A stretch of 64,000 bases of DNA from Candidatus Omnitrophota bacterium (lineage in GTDB: Bacteria; Omnitrophota; Gorgyraeia; Gygaellales; Profunditerraquicolaceae): positions 140,154-204,153 of the forward strand of contig JBAZTA010000002.1 in the NCBI GenBank assembly GCA_041662125.1. The letters are read 5' to 3'. Below, one piece after another: positions 29,276 through 38,557 of the stretch (position 1 is the first letter of the stretch; each line of letters starts with the position of its first letter). A model generated the notes under the pieces. It was given only the letters and a program-made list of their open reading frames with translations, searched no databases and was not told the origin of the DNA. The position numbers were made by a program, and so were the translations under genes.

Positions 29276-30853
29276 ATGAGGGGATCGTCCATGCGTGGGA
29301 AAAAGAAGGGTTTAGATGTAAAGGCTGCTTTACGCAACCGGGCGGAGGCAGAAGTAAAGGCGAAAAGTATTGCAATCAAGGATACTCTGTCACCCAAAGA
29401 TATGCGTAAGGTGTTTCATGAGCTGCAGGTGCATCAAGTAGAGCTGCAGATGCAGAACGAAGAGCTGCGCCGGACGCAGGGAGAGTTAGAGGCCTCGCAG
29501 GCGCGCTACTTTGACCTGTATAACCTGGCGCCGGTGGGATATTTCACCATTAGTAAACAAGGGGTGATCTTGGAAGCCAATTTAACTGCTGCTGAATTGT
29601 TGGGTGTGGAGAAGAATTTCCTGAACAAGAAAGTATTTCCCTCTTTTCTTTTGCCTGAGGATGCGAATCTTTACTATTTATTGCAAAAGAAACTTTTTGA
29701 ATTAGGCCAGCCGCAATCGGGCGAATTTCGGATGTTGCGGGCGAACGCGCTTCCTTTTTGGGCGCGGATGGATGTGAATTGTGTCGATGATCCTGATGGA
29801 GTACCCGTCTGCCATGCCGTAGTGAGCAATATCACCGAGCGCAAGCGCGCGCAGGATGCGTTGCTGGCAAGTGAAAACAAGTATCGTTCAATCGTAGAAA
29901 ATATTAATGATGCCCTTTATATCCATGATTTTAAAGGGACTATTCTTGATGTTAATGAAAATGCCTGCAGGATGACAGGATACAATCGGGAAGAACTTCT
30001 CGGGGCTTCTTTGGCTAAGATCGATAGTCCGGAAAATACGCAGTTAATGCAGAAGCATATGCAGCGGTTACTCAATGATGGCAAAGTTGAATTTGATGGG
30101 CAGCATATGAGAAGCGATGGCAGTCGTGTATGGGTGACGGTCAGCGCTAAAATTGTCTCTCGTTTGGACAATGGTATTGTGCAGGGATTTGTAAAAGATA
30201 TTACCGATCGCAAGCGCGCTGAGGAAAAAATAAAAGAAGCGCTTGTTGAAAAAGAGCTTTTACTGCGGGAGGTCAACCACCGCGTTAAGAATAACCTTCA
30301 GATCATTAATAGTTTGTTTAATTTGCAGGCTCGTAAGGTCACAGATGAAGGAGTAAAAGAAATTTTACGGGAAAGCTGTTCCCGGATCAAATCAATTGCG
30401 CTGGTGCATGAGAAATTATATGGTTCACCGGACCTTTCCCGGATCGATATGAAGGAATATTTGACCAGCCTTGTTCGTAGTATCTCTCATTCATTGAATG
30501 TTGGACGGGATGGCATTTACGTTACCGTTCTGACCGATGAAGGAATACGGTTTGATATGGACAGGGTTATTTATTGCGGGTTGATCGTTAATGAATTGGT
30601 GACTAACGCGTTTAAGTATGCATTCCCGGATAAGAGAAAGGGTGAGATTTGTATTGAGCTGAAGATAAATAAAAGTAATAATTATGAGCTTATAGTCCGG
30701 GATGACGGTGTGGGTTTACCAAAAGATTTTGATTGGGAAGATTCAGAAACATTAGGGCTTGAATTAGTAAAGACATTGGCGCATCAGCTTGGTGAGATTA
30801 AACTGCAGCGCAAAGGAGGAACGGCGTTTAAGATCACGTTGCATAAGGGGTAA
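29276..30853 (+). CDS. PAS-domain sensor histidine kinase (HisKA_2/HWE-type)
   Basis: The coiled coil LQMQNEELRRTQ is followed by two PAS-like segments. The H-box EVNHRVKNNLQII is typical of HisKA_2. A HATPase_c tail (DDGVGLP) follows. Confidence 0.8.
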   Translation: MRGSSMRGKKKGLDVKAALRNRAEAEVKAKSIAIKDTLSPKDMRKVFHELQVHQVELQMQNEELRRTQGELEASQARYFDLYNLAPVGYFTISKQGVILEANLTAAELLGVEKNFLNKKVFPSFLLPEDANLYYLLQKKLFELGQPQSGEFRMLRANALPFWARMDVNCVDDPDGVPVCHAVVSNITERKRAQDALLASENKYRSIVENINDALYIHDFKGTILDVNENACRMTGYNREELLGASLAKIDSPENTQLMQKHMQRLLNDGKVEFDGQHMRSDGSRVWVTVSAKIVSRLDNGIVQGFVKDITDRKRAEEKIKEALVEKELLLREVNHRVKNNLQIINSLFNLQARKVTDEGVKEILRESCSRIKSIALVHEKLYGSPDLSRIDMKEYLTSLVRSISHSLNVGRDGIYVTVLTDEGIRFDMDRVIYCGLIVNELVTNAFKYAFPDKRKGEICIELKINKSNNYELIVRDDGVGLPKDFDWEDSETLGLELVKTLAHQLGEIKLQRKGGTAFKITLHKG

Positions 30854-30909
30854 AAATTTGTCTCCAGGATGAACTGCGCAAGTTTATGAGTAATATATAG
30901 GAAGAAATC

Positions 30910-31200
30910 GTGATAAAATTACCTCCTCTTTTTTTTGCTCCGTTACATGTATATCTTACCAATATATTAGAATTTCTAATTACGAAGTTTAGCAAATACA
31001 TTGTTTTGTCTATAAGTATATTTTTAGTGTTTTTCCCTGAAGAGGGTTATGCCTATATTGACCCCGGGGCGGGGAGCAGTATTTTCCAGGTCGTGGTAGC
31101 GTCTTTAGTGGTTGGTTTTTTCGTGATCAAGACGGCTTTTGGAAAGATCAAAATGTGGCTGGGCCGCGTTTTTTTCAGGAAAAAGCAAAAAAAGGATTAA
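30910..31200 (+). CDS. small membrane protein whose N-terminus is paralogous to that of the 32592 gene
   Basis: FFAPLHVYLTNILEF here matches FFTPLQIYLTNRLEF at the start of the 32592 protein. The ORF has two hydrophobic helices. Confidence 0.35.
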   Translation: MIKLPPLFFAPLHVYLTNILEFLITKFSKYIVLSISIFLVFFPEEGYAYIDPGAGSSIFQVVVASLVVGFFVIKTAFGKIKMWLGRVFFRKKQKKD

Positions 31201-31203
31201 CCT

Positions 31204-32595
31204 ATGCCAATTTCTGACAGCTGTTTTTCTGTCTCAGGGTCGTTTCGTGATCCGAGTGGTTTTCTTTTTGAGAAAGATGGCCTGATTTTTAGGCAAGTGA
31301 ATAAGGGCTATCAAGAACAGTATGATTGCCTTATGAATTCCGGCCTTTATGCGTCATTGGTATCAGCGGGATTTCTTATCTCACATGTTGAAGCGGATGT
31401 TCCCGCTTTAAATGGCGAAATAGCGTATAAAGTCATTAAACCCGAAATAATCCCGTTTATTTCCTATCCCTATGAATGGTGTTTTAGCCAATTAAAGCAG
31501 GCCGCTTTAACGACGCTGCGTATTCAGAAGATGGCGCTTGAATTCGGCATGACGTTAAAAGACAGTAGCGCCTACAATATCCAATTCCTTAACGGCAAGC
31601 CGCTTTTAATTGATACCCTTTCTTTCGAGAAATATCGTTCTGGCGCGCCCTGGGGTCCTTACCGGCAGTTTTGTCAGCATTTCTTGGCGCCGCTGGCTTT
31701 GATGAGTTGTGTCGATGCGAGAATGAATCAATTGTCTCGTAATTATCTCGATGGCATACCGTTAGATTTGGCGAGTTCTCTCTTGCCGGTTTGGAGCCGT
31801 TTGAGACCGTCTTTATTTTTTCACCTGTATGGCCATGCTAAATTTCAAAATCACTACGAAGATAAGGCATCCCAGTCGCGTTCTTGCCGCCTCAGCCGCT
31901 TAGCTCTTCAAGCGCTGCTCGATAATCTGGAATCAGTGGTAGCGGGTATGAAAGGCCGTTTTCGAAAGTCGCACTGGCTCAGGTATTATTCAGATGCTCA
32001 CCATTCTCAAGAAACGATAACGGCAAAGCAGGAATTAGTGGCTGAATTCCTTCGGCGATACAGCCCGGGGTTCATGTATGACATGGGCTCTAATACGGGT
32101 ATTTTCAGCCGTATAGCCAGTCGTCAAAATATTCGGGTTGTATCATTTGATAACGATCATTCTGTGGTTGAGGAAAATTATCAGACGTGTTTTAAGGAGA
32201 GGCTGTTTTCTGTTTTGCCTTTGGTTGTCGATATTACTAATCCAAGCCCGGCCACAGGTTGGGCTCTAGAGGAGAGGGATTCATTTTTTGAGCGCGGGCC
32301 TGTAGATGCTGTTTTGGCCTTGGCGATCATTCATCATTTGGTGATCTCTTCCGGAATTCCTTTAGAGAAAATAGCGGCTTTGTTTCAGAAGATTTGTCGA
32401 TACGCGCTTGTTGAATTCATTCCTAAAAGCGACTCTCTGGTTCAGCGGCTTCTGGTGAATAGGGAGGACATTTTTTCGGGATATACACGGGGAAATTTCG
32501 AACAAGAGTTTGGGCGGTATTTTGAAATCGAGGATTCTCGGCCCTTGCCAGGTTCGTCGAGGATCGTGTATTTTTTTAAAAGAAAGCAAAGATGA
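31204..32595 (+). CDS. class I SAM-dependent methyltransferase (domain C-terminal; N-terminal region unknown)
   Basis: Motif I is MYDMGSNTGIFS, and the acidic motif II is VVSFDND. Confidence 0.5.
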   Translation: MPISDSCFSVSGSFRDPSGFLFEKDGLIFRQVNKGYQEQYDCLMNSGLYASLVSAGFLISHVEADVPALNGEIAYKVIKPEIIPFISYPYEWCFSQLKQAALTTLRIQKMALEFGMTLKDSSAYNIQFLNGKPLLIDTLSFEKYRSGAPWGPYRQFCQHFLAPLALMSCVDARMNQLSRNYLDGIPLDLASSLLPVWSRLRPSLFFHLYGHAKFQNHYEDKASQSRSCRLSRLALQALLDNLESVVAGMKGRFRKSHWLRYYSDAHHSQETITAKQELVAEFLRRYSPGFMYDMGSNTGIFSRIASRQNIRVVSFDNDHSVVEENYQTCFKERLFSVLPLVVDITNPSPATGWALEERDSFFERGPVDAVLALAIIHHLVISSGIPLEKIAALFQKICRYALVEFIPKSDSLVQRLLVNREDIFSGYTRGNFEQEFGRYFEIEDSRPLPGSSRIVYFFKRKQR

Positions 32596-34412
32596 GCCGT
32601 TTTCTTTCTATGAAGGGCTGCGCTGTCCTCAAGAAGACTGATACCTGTATTGCCGCTGTTTTGTTTTCCCTGACGCTTTTTTTCTTTACCCCGCTTCAAA
32701 TATATTTAACCAACCGGCTGGAATTCCCTTATGTTTTTTCTCAGGTTGCGTCTGTTTTCGTTATGATCTCGTTTTCTGCCGCTCTGCTCTTTACTGTGAC
32801 CCTGCTGCTTTTGCCTGCGGCGCTTCGTAAAAGATGTGTGGTTGGTATGGCTATTGTGTCCTTGTTGATATGGCTGCAGGGAAATATCTTTGTTTGGAAC
32901 TACGGTGTTTTTGACGGCAAGGAGATCGAGTGGATTAAATTCCGGGTGCAGGGCTTTTTTGATGCGTTTGTTTGGTTGGCAGGGGCCGCTTTAGTTGTTT
33001 TTAAGGCGGAACTGGTCTGTAGAGGAATACGAAAATTGGCTGCCGGCCTTTTTTTGATACAATTTATTTCAGCCTTGTGGATAATGGGCCAGGCCTCGGA
33101 ACTCCCGAGCGCCGAGAAAGTCGAAATAAACAATAAAAACCTCGCTCGTTATTCGTCGGAGAAAAACGTTATCATCCTTTTATTGGACGCCTTTGAATCT
33201 GATGTTTTTCAGGAGATCATTGATGAGGATCCTTCGGGAATAAGGCCTTTCCAGGGATTTGTCTATTTCCGTAACGCCCTGGCTCCGTTTCAATGTACCT
33301 ATCCTGCTATCACCACGATTATGACGGGCCGCTATTACGACAACACGGTTGAGATACAGAAGTTTATTAAAGATGAATTTACCCGCCATTCACTGCCGGC
33401 TCATTTACGTGATCATGGATTCGATATCGAATTATACCCTTATTTTAACCACTACTCAATTTATTGTGACCCTGCTCTGGCATCGAATCTTGAGGCGGTT
33501 AAAAAGGCGGTGGGGATTCATCATATAGCATATATGTATGATATCGCGTTATTCCGTTCATCCCCGCAATTATTAAAAAAGATACTGTACCATGATCAAC
33601 AATGGTTTTTAAGAAGGGTATTATTGCGTGAAACCGCAAAAAAGTCCGGCCGGTTCAGGCAAGATCAGCTGCCGCCGTCAAAACGGAATGAATTTCAGGA
33701 AACGGTAAAGTTTTTCCAGGAGAGTTCTTCGAGGGTTTCTTTAAGTAAGAATATTAAATTGTTTAAATACATCCATCTTCCGGGGATGCATTTTCCTTTG
33801 ATGTTTAATGAAAAGCTGGAGCCTGAATTCCTGCCGCCTGACCGGCAGGGATATAAAAAACAAGCCGGGGGGCTTTTAAAATTAGTTTCAACGTTTCTGG
33901 GTAAGTTAAAAGACACAGGCGTTTATGATAATTCTTTGATCGTCATAATGGGGGATCATGGATCTTTGCGGGATGTTTATATGCCTCCAGAGAAGCGCCG
34001 GATTGCCGGGCAGGTATATTATTCGGGAAGGGGGGGAGGGTTGCCCCTTGTTCTTATCAAGCCATTTAATGCAAACGGCCTTATGCGTGTTTCAGACAAT
34101 CCGGTTTCTCTGTCGGATATCCCCAAGACAATTATGTCAGAGCTTGGTTTAAAAGATGATTTTCCCGGCGTCTCTATGTTTGACGTTGGTATATCAGAGA
34201 GTCGCGTCAGGAAATTTTATGCCTACAGTTGGAATGAGCAAAGAATAAAAGAAGATTATTTACCGGTCATGACTGAATATAGCGTTTCGGGATTCAGCTG
34301 GTTCGCTGATTCCTGGAAAGAGACAGGGCAGTATTTGCCTGCCAAAAAGACTATTATCTACCATCCGGTGGCCATCTGGGAGCGAATTCAGGGCCTTTTG
34401 GCTGAACGCTAG
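32592..34412 (+). CDS. membrane-anchored sulfatase/alkaline-phosphatase-superfamily protein (LtaS/phosphoglycerol-transferase-like)
   Basis: About 5 N-terminal TM helices are followed by VIILLLDAFESD and IVIMGDHGS metal-site motifs. Confidence 0.6.
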   Translation: MSRFLSMKGCAVLKKTDTCIAAVLFSLTLFFFTPLQIYLTNRLEFPYVFSQVASVFVMISFSAALLFTVTLLLLPAALRKRCVVGMAIVSLLIWLQGNIFVWNYGVFDGKEIEWIKFRVQGFFDAFVWLAGAALVVFKAELVCRGIRKLAAGLFLIQFISALWIMGQASELPSAEKVEINNKNLARYSSEKNVIILLLDAFESDVFQEIIDEDPSGIRPFQGFVYFRNALAPFQCTYPAITTIMTGRYYDNTVEIQKFIKDEFTRHSLPAHLRDHGFDIELYPYFNHYSIYCDPALASNLEAVKKAVGIHHIAYMYDIALFRSSPQLLKKILYHDQQWFLRRVLLRETAKKSGRFRQDQLPPSKRNEFQETVKFFQESSSRVSLSKNIKLFKYIHLPGMHFPLMFNEKLEPEFLPPDRQGYKKQAGGLLKLVSTFLGKLKDTGVYDNSLIVIMGDHGSLRDVYMPPEKRRIAGQVYYSGRGGGLPLVLIKPFNANGLMRVSDNPVSLSDIPKTIMSELGLKDDFPGVSMFDVGISESRVRKFYAYSWNEQRIKEDYLPVMTEYSVSGFSWFADSWKETGQYLPAKKTIIYHPVAIWERIQGLLAER

Positions 34413-34440
34413 TAAAGCTTAAGAATCCGATTTAAAATAT

Positions 34441-35823
34441 ATGGACAAAAAGATAACTATTACAATACTGGCGATGGTAATACTTTGCTCAGTAGTAATT
34501 TATAGAGCAAGAAATACGCTTCCCCATAAAAATAAACCGAATATTATTATAATTAATTTAGATGCATTGAGGCCAGACCATCTTGGGTGTTATGGTTATG
34601 CCAGGAATACAAGCCCGCATATCGATGACTTTGCGCGGCATTCTAATTTGTATTTGAATTGTTTTTCGGCTGCAACCTGGACCATACCTGCTAATTATTC
34701 CTTACTCACGTCTCTCTACCCAGAACAACATACGATGTATGATTGGAATTCCATACTTGATAAGAAGATACCTACTATGTTTTCTCTTCTCCGGGATTAT
34801 GGGTATGTTCAGGGATTTTTTAGTAATTCCGGGTTCCTGGTAAAGAATTTTAAGGTAAACTTTTCTCAGATACTGAATACGTGTAGCAATGTATCTCATG
34901 CGCATTCTGTCACAAAGAGTGCTCTTTCTTGGATGCAACGGCAGCGAGCTCCTTTTTTTGCCTGGATTTATTACTTAGAGCCGCATCGGCCGTATACCCC
35001 TCCTGCGCCCCACAATAATTTATATACGTATCAAGAAGGCATACAATTGCCGATTGAAAAAGTTGACAAGGATTATTCGGGAGGATGGGATTATATCCCG
35101 GATACGGTTGCTGAAAGAAAGATTCAAGATGTCAACTATTATATTGCTCAGTACGACGGAGAAGTGCATTACGTTGATGAGGAGGTGGGAAAATTATTGG
35201 CAGAGCTCAAGAGATCAGGTTTGTTTGATCAGAGTTTAATATTATTGACGAGTGACCATGGTGAAAGCTTAGGCGAGCACCATCTTTATTTTAATCATAT
35301 TTTCACCCTTTTTAATGAAGTTATTAAGATTCCTTTGTTCATCAAGATGCCGGCTCAGCGACAGGGGGTTATCGTTAAGGAAAATGTGAGTTCACTGGAT
35401 ATCCTCCCGACAGTCTTAAACAGCATAGGGATAAAGGATTGCCAGAAGTGCGAAGGGATAAACCTTTTTGATGCATTTAACCAAAAAAGAGGGCTTTTTG
35501 CATATGTGTCTAGAAATATGTATTGTTTTATATATGATACGTGGAAATTAATAAAGTATCCTCGCGTGTCTGATGAAAAACACGGATATATGAAGATATT
35601 TTTTCCGGAATACGGCTCGCAAGAGTATCAACTTTTTAATATGGAAAAAGATCCCGGGGAGCTTGTTGATTTAAAAAGCATGTCCGTGGCTGAATTTCAA
35701 GAATTAATATCGCAACTGTCTCAAAAAGTGGAAAAAATTAAACCCATGTCTGAAACCGCTGAATTCTTCAAGATCGCTGAGCAAGAAGCAGAAAAGATGC
35801 GTTCTTTAGGATATGTTCAGTAG
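34441..35823 (+). CDS. sulfatase-family protein with an N-terminal signal anchor
   Basis: NIIIINLDALRPDHLGCYGY and LLTSDHGESLGEH are hallmark alkaline-phosphatase-superfamily motifs. Confidence 0.65.
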   Translation: MDKKITITILAMVILCSVVIYRARNTLPHKNKPNIIIINLDALRPDHLGCYGYARNTSPHIDDFARHSNLYLNCFSAATWTIPANYSLLTSLYPEQHTMYDWNSILDKKIPTMFSLLRDYGYVQGFFSNSGFLVKNFKVNFSQILNTCSNVSHAHSVTKSALSWMQRQRAPFFAWIYYLEPHRPYTPPAPHNNLYTYQEGIQLPIEKVDKDYSGGWDYIPDTVAERKIQDVNYYIAQYDGEVHYVDEEVGKLLAELKRSGLFDQSLILLTSDHGESLGEHHLYFNHIFTLFNEVIKIPLFIKMPAQRQGVIVKENVSSLDILPTVLNSIGIKDCQKCEGINLFDAFNQKRGLFAYVSRNMYCFIYDTWKLIKYPRVSDEKHGYMKIFFPEYGSQEYQLFNMEKDPGELVDLKSMSVAEFQELISQLSQKVEKIKPMSETAEFFKIAEQEAEKMRSLGYVQ

Positions 35824-37126
35824 GAAGGGGAGTTTTACCTTGTTAAATATGAGGAAAACCAAAAAATCCACATTTGAAACAGTGCTATTTTCCTTGTGTA
35901 TTATTTTATGCGTCATGGTATCGCTCCAAATCGGCAGCAAGGTATTAAACGATGAATTGCATCCCGATGAGCTGCTGTATGTTTATTACGCGGGCTTATT
36001 CAAATCATTCTTCATCACCCATAATATTAATAATCCGTACTGGTATTCAGATCTAAGATATTCAGCGGTCCCCATAGGGGTTTATGTGATCGGTTTAGAT
36101 CTTTATTATAGCCCTTGGCGGTCCATGATGAGAGAGCCGGATACGATCCTGAGTTTTGTTAGATTTTCTGACGGAGCTATAGAAAAACATCCCGTGCCCC
36201 ATGTTGCCGATTTGATCTATATCGTCAGATCGAACATGCTCGTTTTCATGGCACTTTGTGTGGTGTTGATATTTGCCCTGGGTTGGCATTTGGGATGGTA
36301 TTATTGCGGCCTCCCCGCAGTATATTTACTCTTGGCTAATAGGTACTTTGTCTCTATCACCGGTAAAGCTCTCTTGGAATCTATCTGGTTATTCCAACAC
36401 TTCTTAAACATTCTTTTAATTCTTGCGTATTTATCCCGCTGGCAAAATAAAGAAAAAAAAGAGGATTGGCTGCTCTTGCTTGCGCTACTGATAGGAATAA
36501 GTGCGGGTTTCTTGACGGGGACGAAAATTCACGGAGCGTTGAATATCGTTATTTTTCTCATCTGCTACTTAGCCGTTCTGGTAAAACAAATCTTGCTCCC
36601 GGGGCTTCGCAGAACGGCGATACTGAAAAGTTTATTTCACGTAAGTATCATTATCGGTGTTTCTTTTTTCGTATTTGTCCTTTTTAATCCTGCGTTATAT
36701 GCAAATCCGGCGGAAGGAATCAAAGAAATAATATTCAAGCGGTTTCATTATTTTTCCGCACAAATCAGCTGCTTGCCCTTTGCTTCTTTGCCTACCTTTA
36801 TGAGCCGTCTGAAGTTTGTCATTCAAATAGTGCATCCAACGTTTGTCACAGCATCGTTATTTCTTATTGGCTTTGCCGCTCTTGGGCGAAAGATAGCGAA
36901 GTCTTTCGAAAAAGACGGATCTATCGGAATTTATTATCTTCTTGGAACCGCTTTTCTGGTCGAGTTGGCGGCTATATTGAAATGCATGGAGGTAGCTTTT
37001 CCTCGCTACGTGATAGTCCTGCTTCCTTATTTTTATTTAATTGTATGCTATGGGGCGACATGGTTAGTAAAAAAACTGTTTCACCTTTTAAAAATATCCC
37101 GGTTCAATACTGTATTCAGCAGATAA
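35813..37126 (+). CDS. polytopic integral membrane protein (glycosyl/lipid-transferase-like)
   Basis: There are at least 9 hydrophobic helices. The start overlaps the stop of the upstream gene. Confidence 0.5.
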   Translation: MFSRKGSFTLLNMRKTKKSTFETVLFSLCIILCVMVSLQIGSKVLNDELHPDELLYVYYAGLFKSFFITHNINNPYWYSDLRYSAVPIGVYVIGLDLYYSPWRSMMREPDTILSFVRFSDGAIEKHPVPHVADLIYIVRSNMLVFMALCVVLIFALGWHLGWYYCGLPAVYLLLANRYFVSITGKALLESIWLFQHFLNILLILAYLSRWQNKEKKEDWLLLLALLIGISAGFLTGTKIHGALNIVIFLICYLAVLVKQILLPGLRRTAILKSLFHVSIIIGVSFFVFVLFNPALYANPAEGIKEIIFKRFHYFSAQISCLPFASLPTFMSRLKFVIQIVHPTFVTASLFLIGFAALGRKIAKSFEKDGSIGIYYLLGTAFLVELAAILKCMEVAFPRYVIVLLPYFYLIVCYGATWLVKKLFHLLKISRFNTVFSR

Positions 37127-37914
37127 TCGAGCTGTACCGGGTTAGGGACTGGTATTATTTATTAGGCCTGATAGTGCTGGGTTTTATTTTTACAAAAGGC
37201 GCCTTTTATCCGGGTCCCGATTTATGGATAAGTCTTTTTATCGGCTTAAGCTATCTTTTGTACGGCTATTCTTTTAACCGTCTTTGCGATACGACGCCTA
37301 AGGATTGGCTTCCTGGTGAGTTATTTTTCGTATTTTCCCCCATTTTTGCAGGGCTATTTTTAACGGCTCTGCGTTTTCCACCACTTATTTTGCCTCTTGG
37401 CATCGCTGTTTTTCTTAACACTCTGTATTCTTTACCGTCGATTCTATGGAAAAGAAACACCTTCGTTAGCAGTATGATAAACGCCTATCTTTTTGGGTGT
37501 CTTTTCCTGGTCGGAGCCTATGCAGGATACGGATCTTATACCCCCTCGATCATTGTCATGAGTTTTTATATGGCCTCATTCTTTATCCCCGGGCAATTAT
37601 GGCACGAGCTTGCGCACGCTCAAGAAGATAAAAGATTTTTATCGATTTCCAGAAACCGGAAAAAATATCTCGCAGGAATCCTTGTGTCTATCGGCTTCTT
37701 GTGTATTTTCTCTCTGGTACTAAAAATACGATTGTCTCTAGGGTGGGTTTTTGTATCCAGCCATCTTTTATGGGCCGTTTTTCTTTGGTGCTTTTATACA
37801 TCGGGAATATGGACTGATTTTTCTGTCGATAAAGCCCGCAGGTTAAGAAAATGTTTTAAAATAATTGGTATGATGTTCGGGATATGCTATCTTTTTGAAT
37901 TTTTGACGCGATGA
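37060..37914 (+). CDS. polytopic integral membrane protein (start uncertain; overlaps the previous gene in another frame)
   Basis: The ORF 36982-37914 has about 8 TM helices. The candidate start MVSKK is at 37060. There is a weak NxxxD...D resemblance to a prenyltransferase motif. Confidence 0.4.
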   Translation: MVSKKTVSPFKNIPVQYCIQQIIELYRVRDWYYLLGLIVLGFIFTKGAFYPGPDLWISLFIGLSYLLYGYSFNRLCDTTPKDWLPGELFFVFSPIFAGLFLTALRFPPLILPLGIAVFLNTLYSLPSILWKRNTFVSSMINAYLFGCLFLVGAYAGYGSYTPSIIVMSFYMASFFIPGQLWHELAHAQEDKRFLSISRNRKKYLAGILVSIGFLCIFSLVLKIRLSLGWVFVSSHLLWAVFLWCFYTSGIWTDFSVDKARRLRKCFKIIGMMFGICYLFEFLTR

Positions 37915-38045
37915 AACGCGGAATCTTTGCAACATTGCTTGAAGCAAAAGTGCTTGTAGGGCGTTGGAAGAAAGAATATAATAAAATTAGGCCGCATAGT
38001 CCGCTGATTTATCATCCTTTTGCTCCAGAGACTATTAAACTATAG
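37911..38045 (+). mobile_element. remnant of an IS transposase (C-terminal end of an rve integrase core), 44 codons
   Basis: The product MKRGIFATLLEAKVLVGRWKKEYNKIRPHSPLIYHPFAPETIKL matches the conserved ...LEEAxxxIxxWxxxYNxxRPHSSLGYxTPxEF tail of IS3/IS481-type transposases. Confidence 0.5.
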
Positions 38046-38091
38046 TGTTTAGAAAATTCGGTTGTTCGAGAACGACCGTGAGATTTAGGAG

Positions 38092-38544
38092 ATGTTAGTC
38101 GTGATGGCAAAAAGAATTCAAAAAAAAGCAATGCGGGCTCCGGATTCCCTTAATGAGCCTATAGAGTATAATAAATCTTTTTCGAGAGGGTTGCGCGTTG
38201 ACCTGGGGAAATTTTGCCTTTGTGTTATTTCAGGTACCGCGAGTATTGATAAGCGCGGGCGAACGGTTAATCGTAACAACTTTCAAGATCAGGTGCAGCG
38301 CACGTTCGACAATATAACCGCCCTTTTAAAATCTGAAAATCGTGATTGGCATGATATTGTTCAAACCAGGTGTTATTTAAAGAATATGAAGAAACATTAT
38401 AAAGAGTTTAATGAGTTTCGAAACCGATTCTATCAAAAACACAAGCTTTCTCCTTTTCCTGCGAGTGTCTGTGTTGAAGCGCGGCTTTGTCGGCCTGAAC
38501 TTTTGGTAGAGATAGAGGCGCTGGCTGTTTTTGAGAAAAGGTGA
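38092..38544 (+). CDS. RidA/YjgF-family (Endoribonuclease L-PSP-like) protein
   Basis: The size and the C-terminal SVCVEARLCRPELLVEIEALA (YjgF signature region) fit the family. Confidence 0.65.
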   Translation: MLVVMAKRIQKKAMRAPDSLNEPIEYNKSFSRGLRVDLGKFCLCVISGTASIDKRGRTVNRNNFQDQVQRTFDNITALLKSENRDWHDIVQTRCYLKNMKKHYKEFNEFRNRFYQKHKLSPFPASVCVEARLCRPELLVEIEALAVFEKR

Positions 38545-38557
38545 AGTTTTTCAATCG

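Noticed and set aside
29674-30276. Minus-strand ORFs 29674-29880 and 29917-30276.
   Set aside because: They are antisense to the PAS histidine kinase gene.
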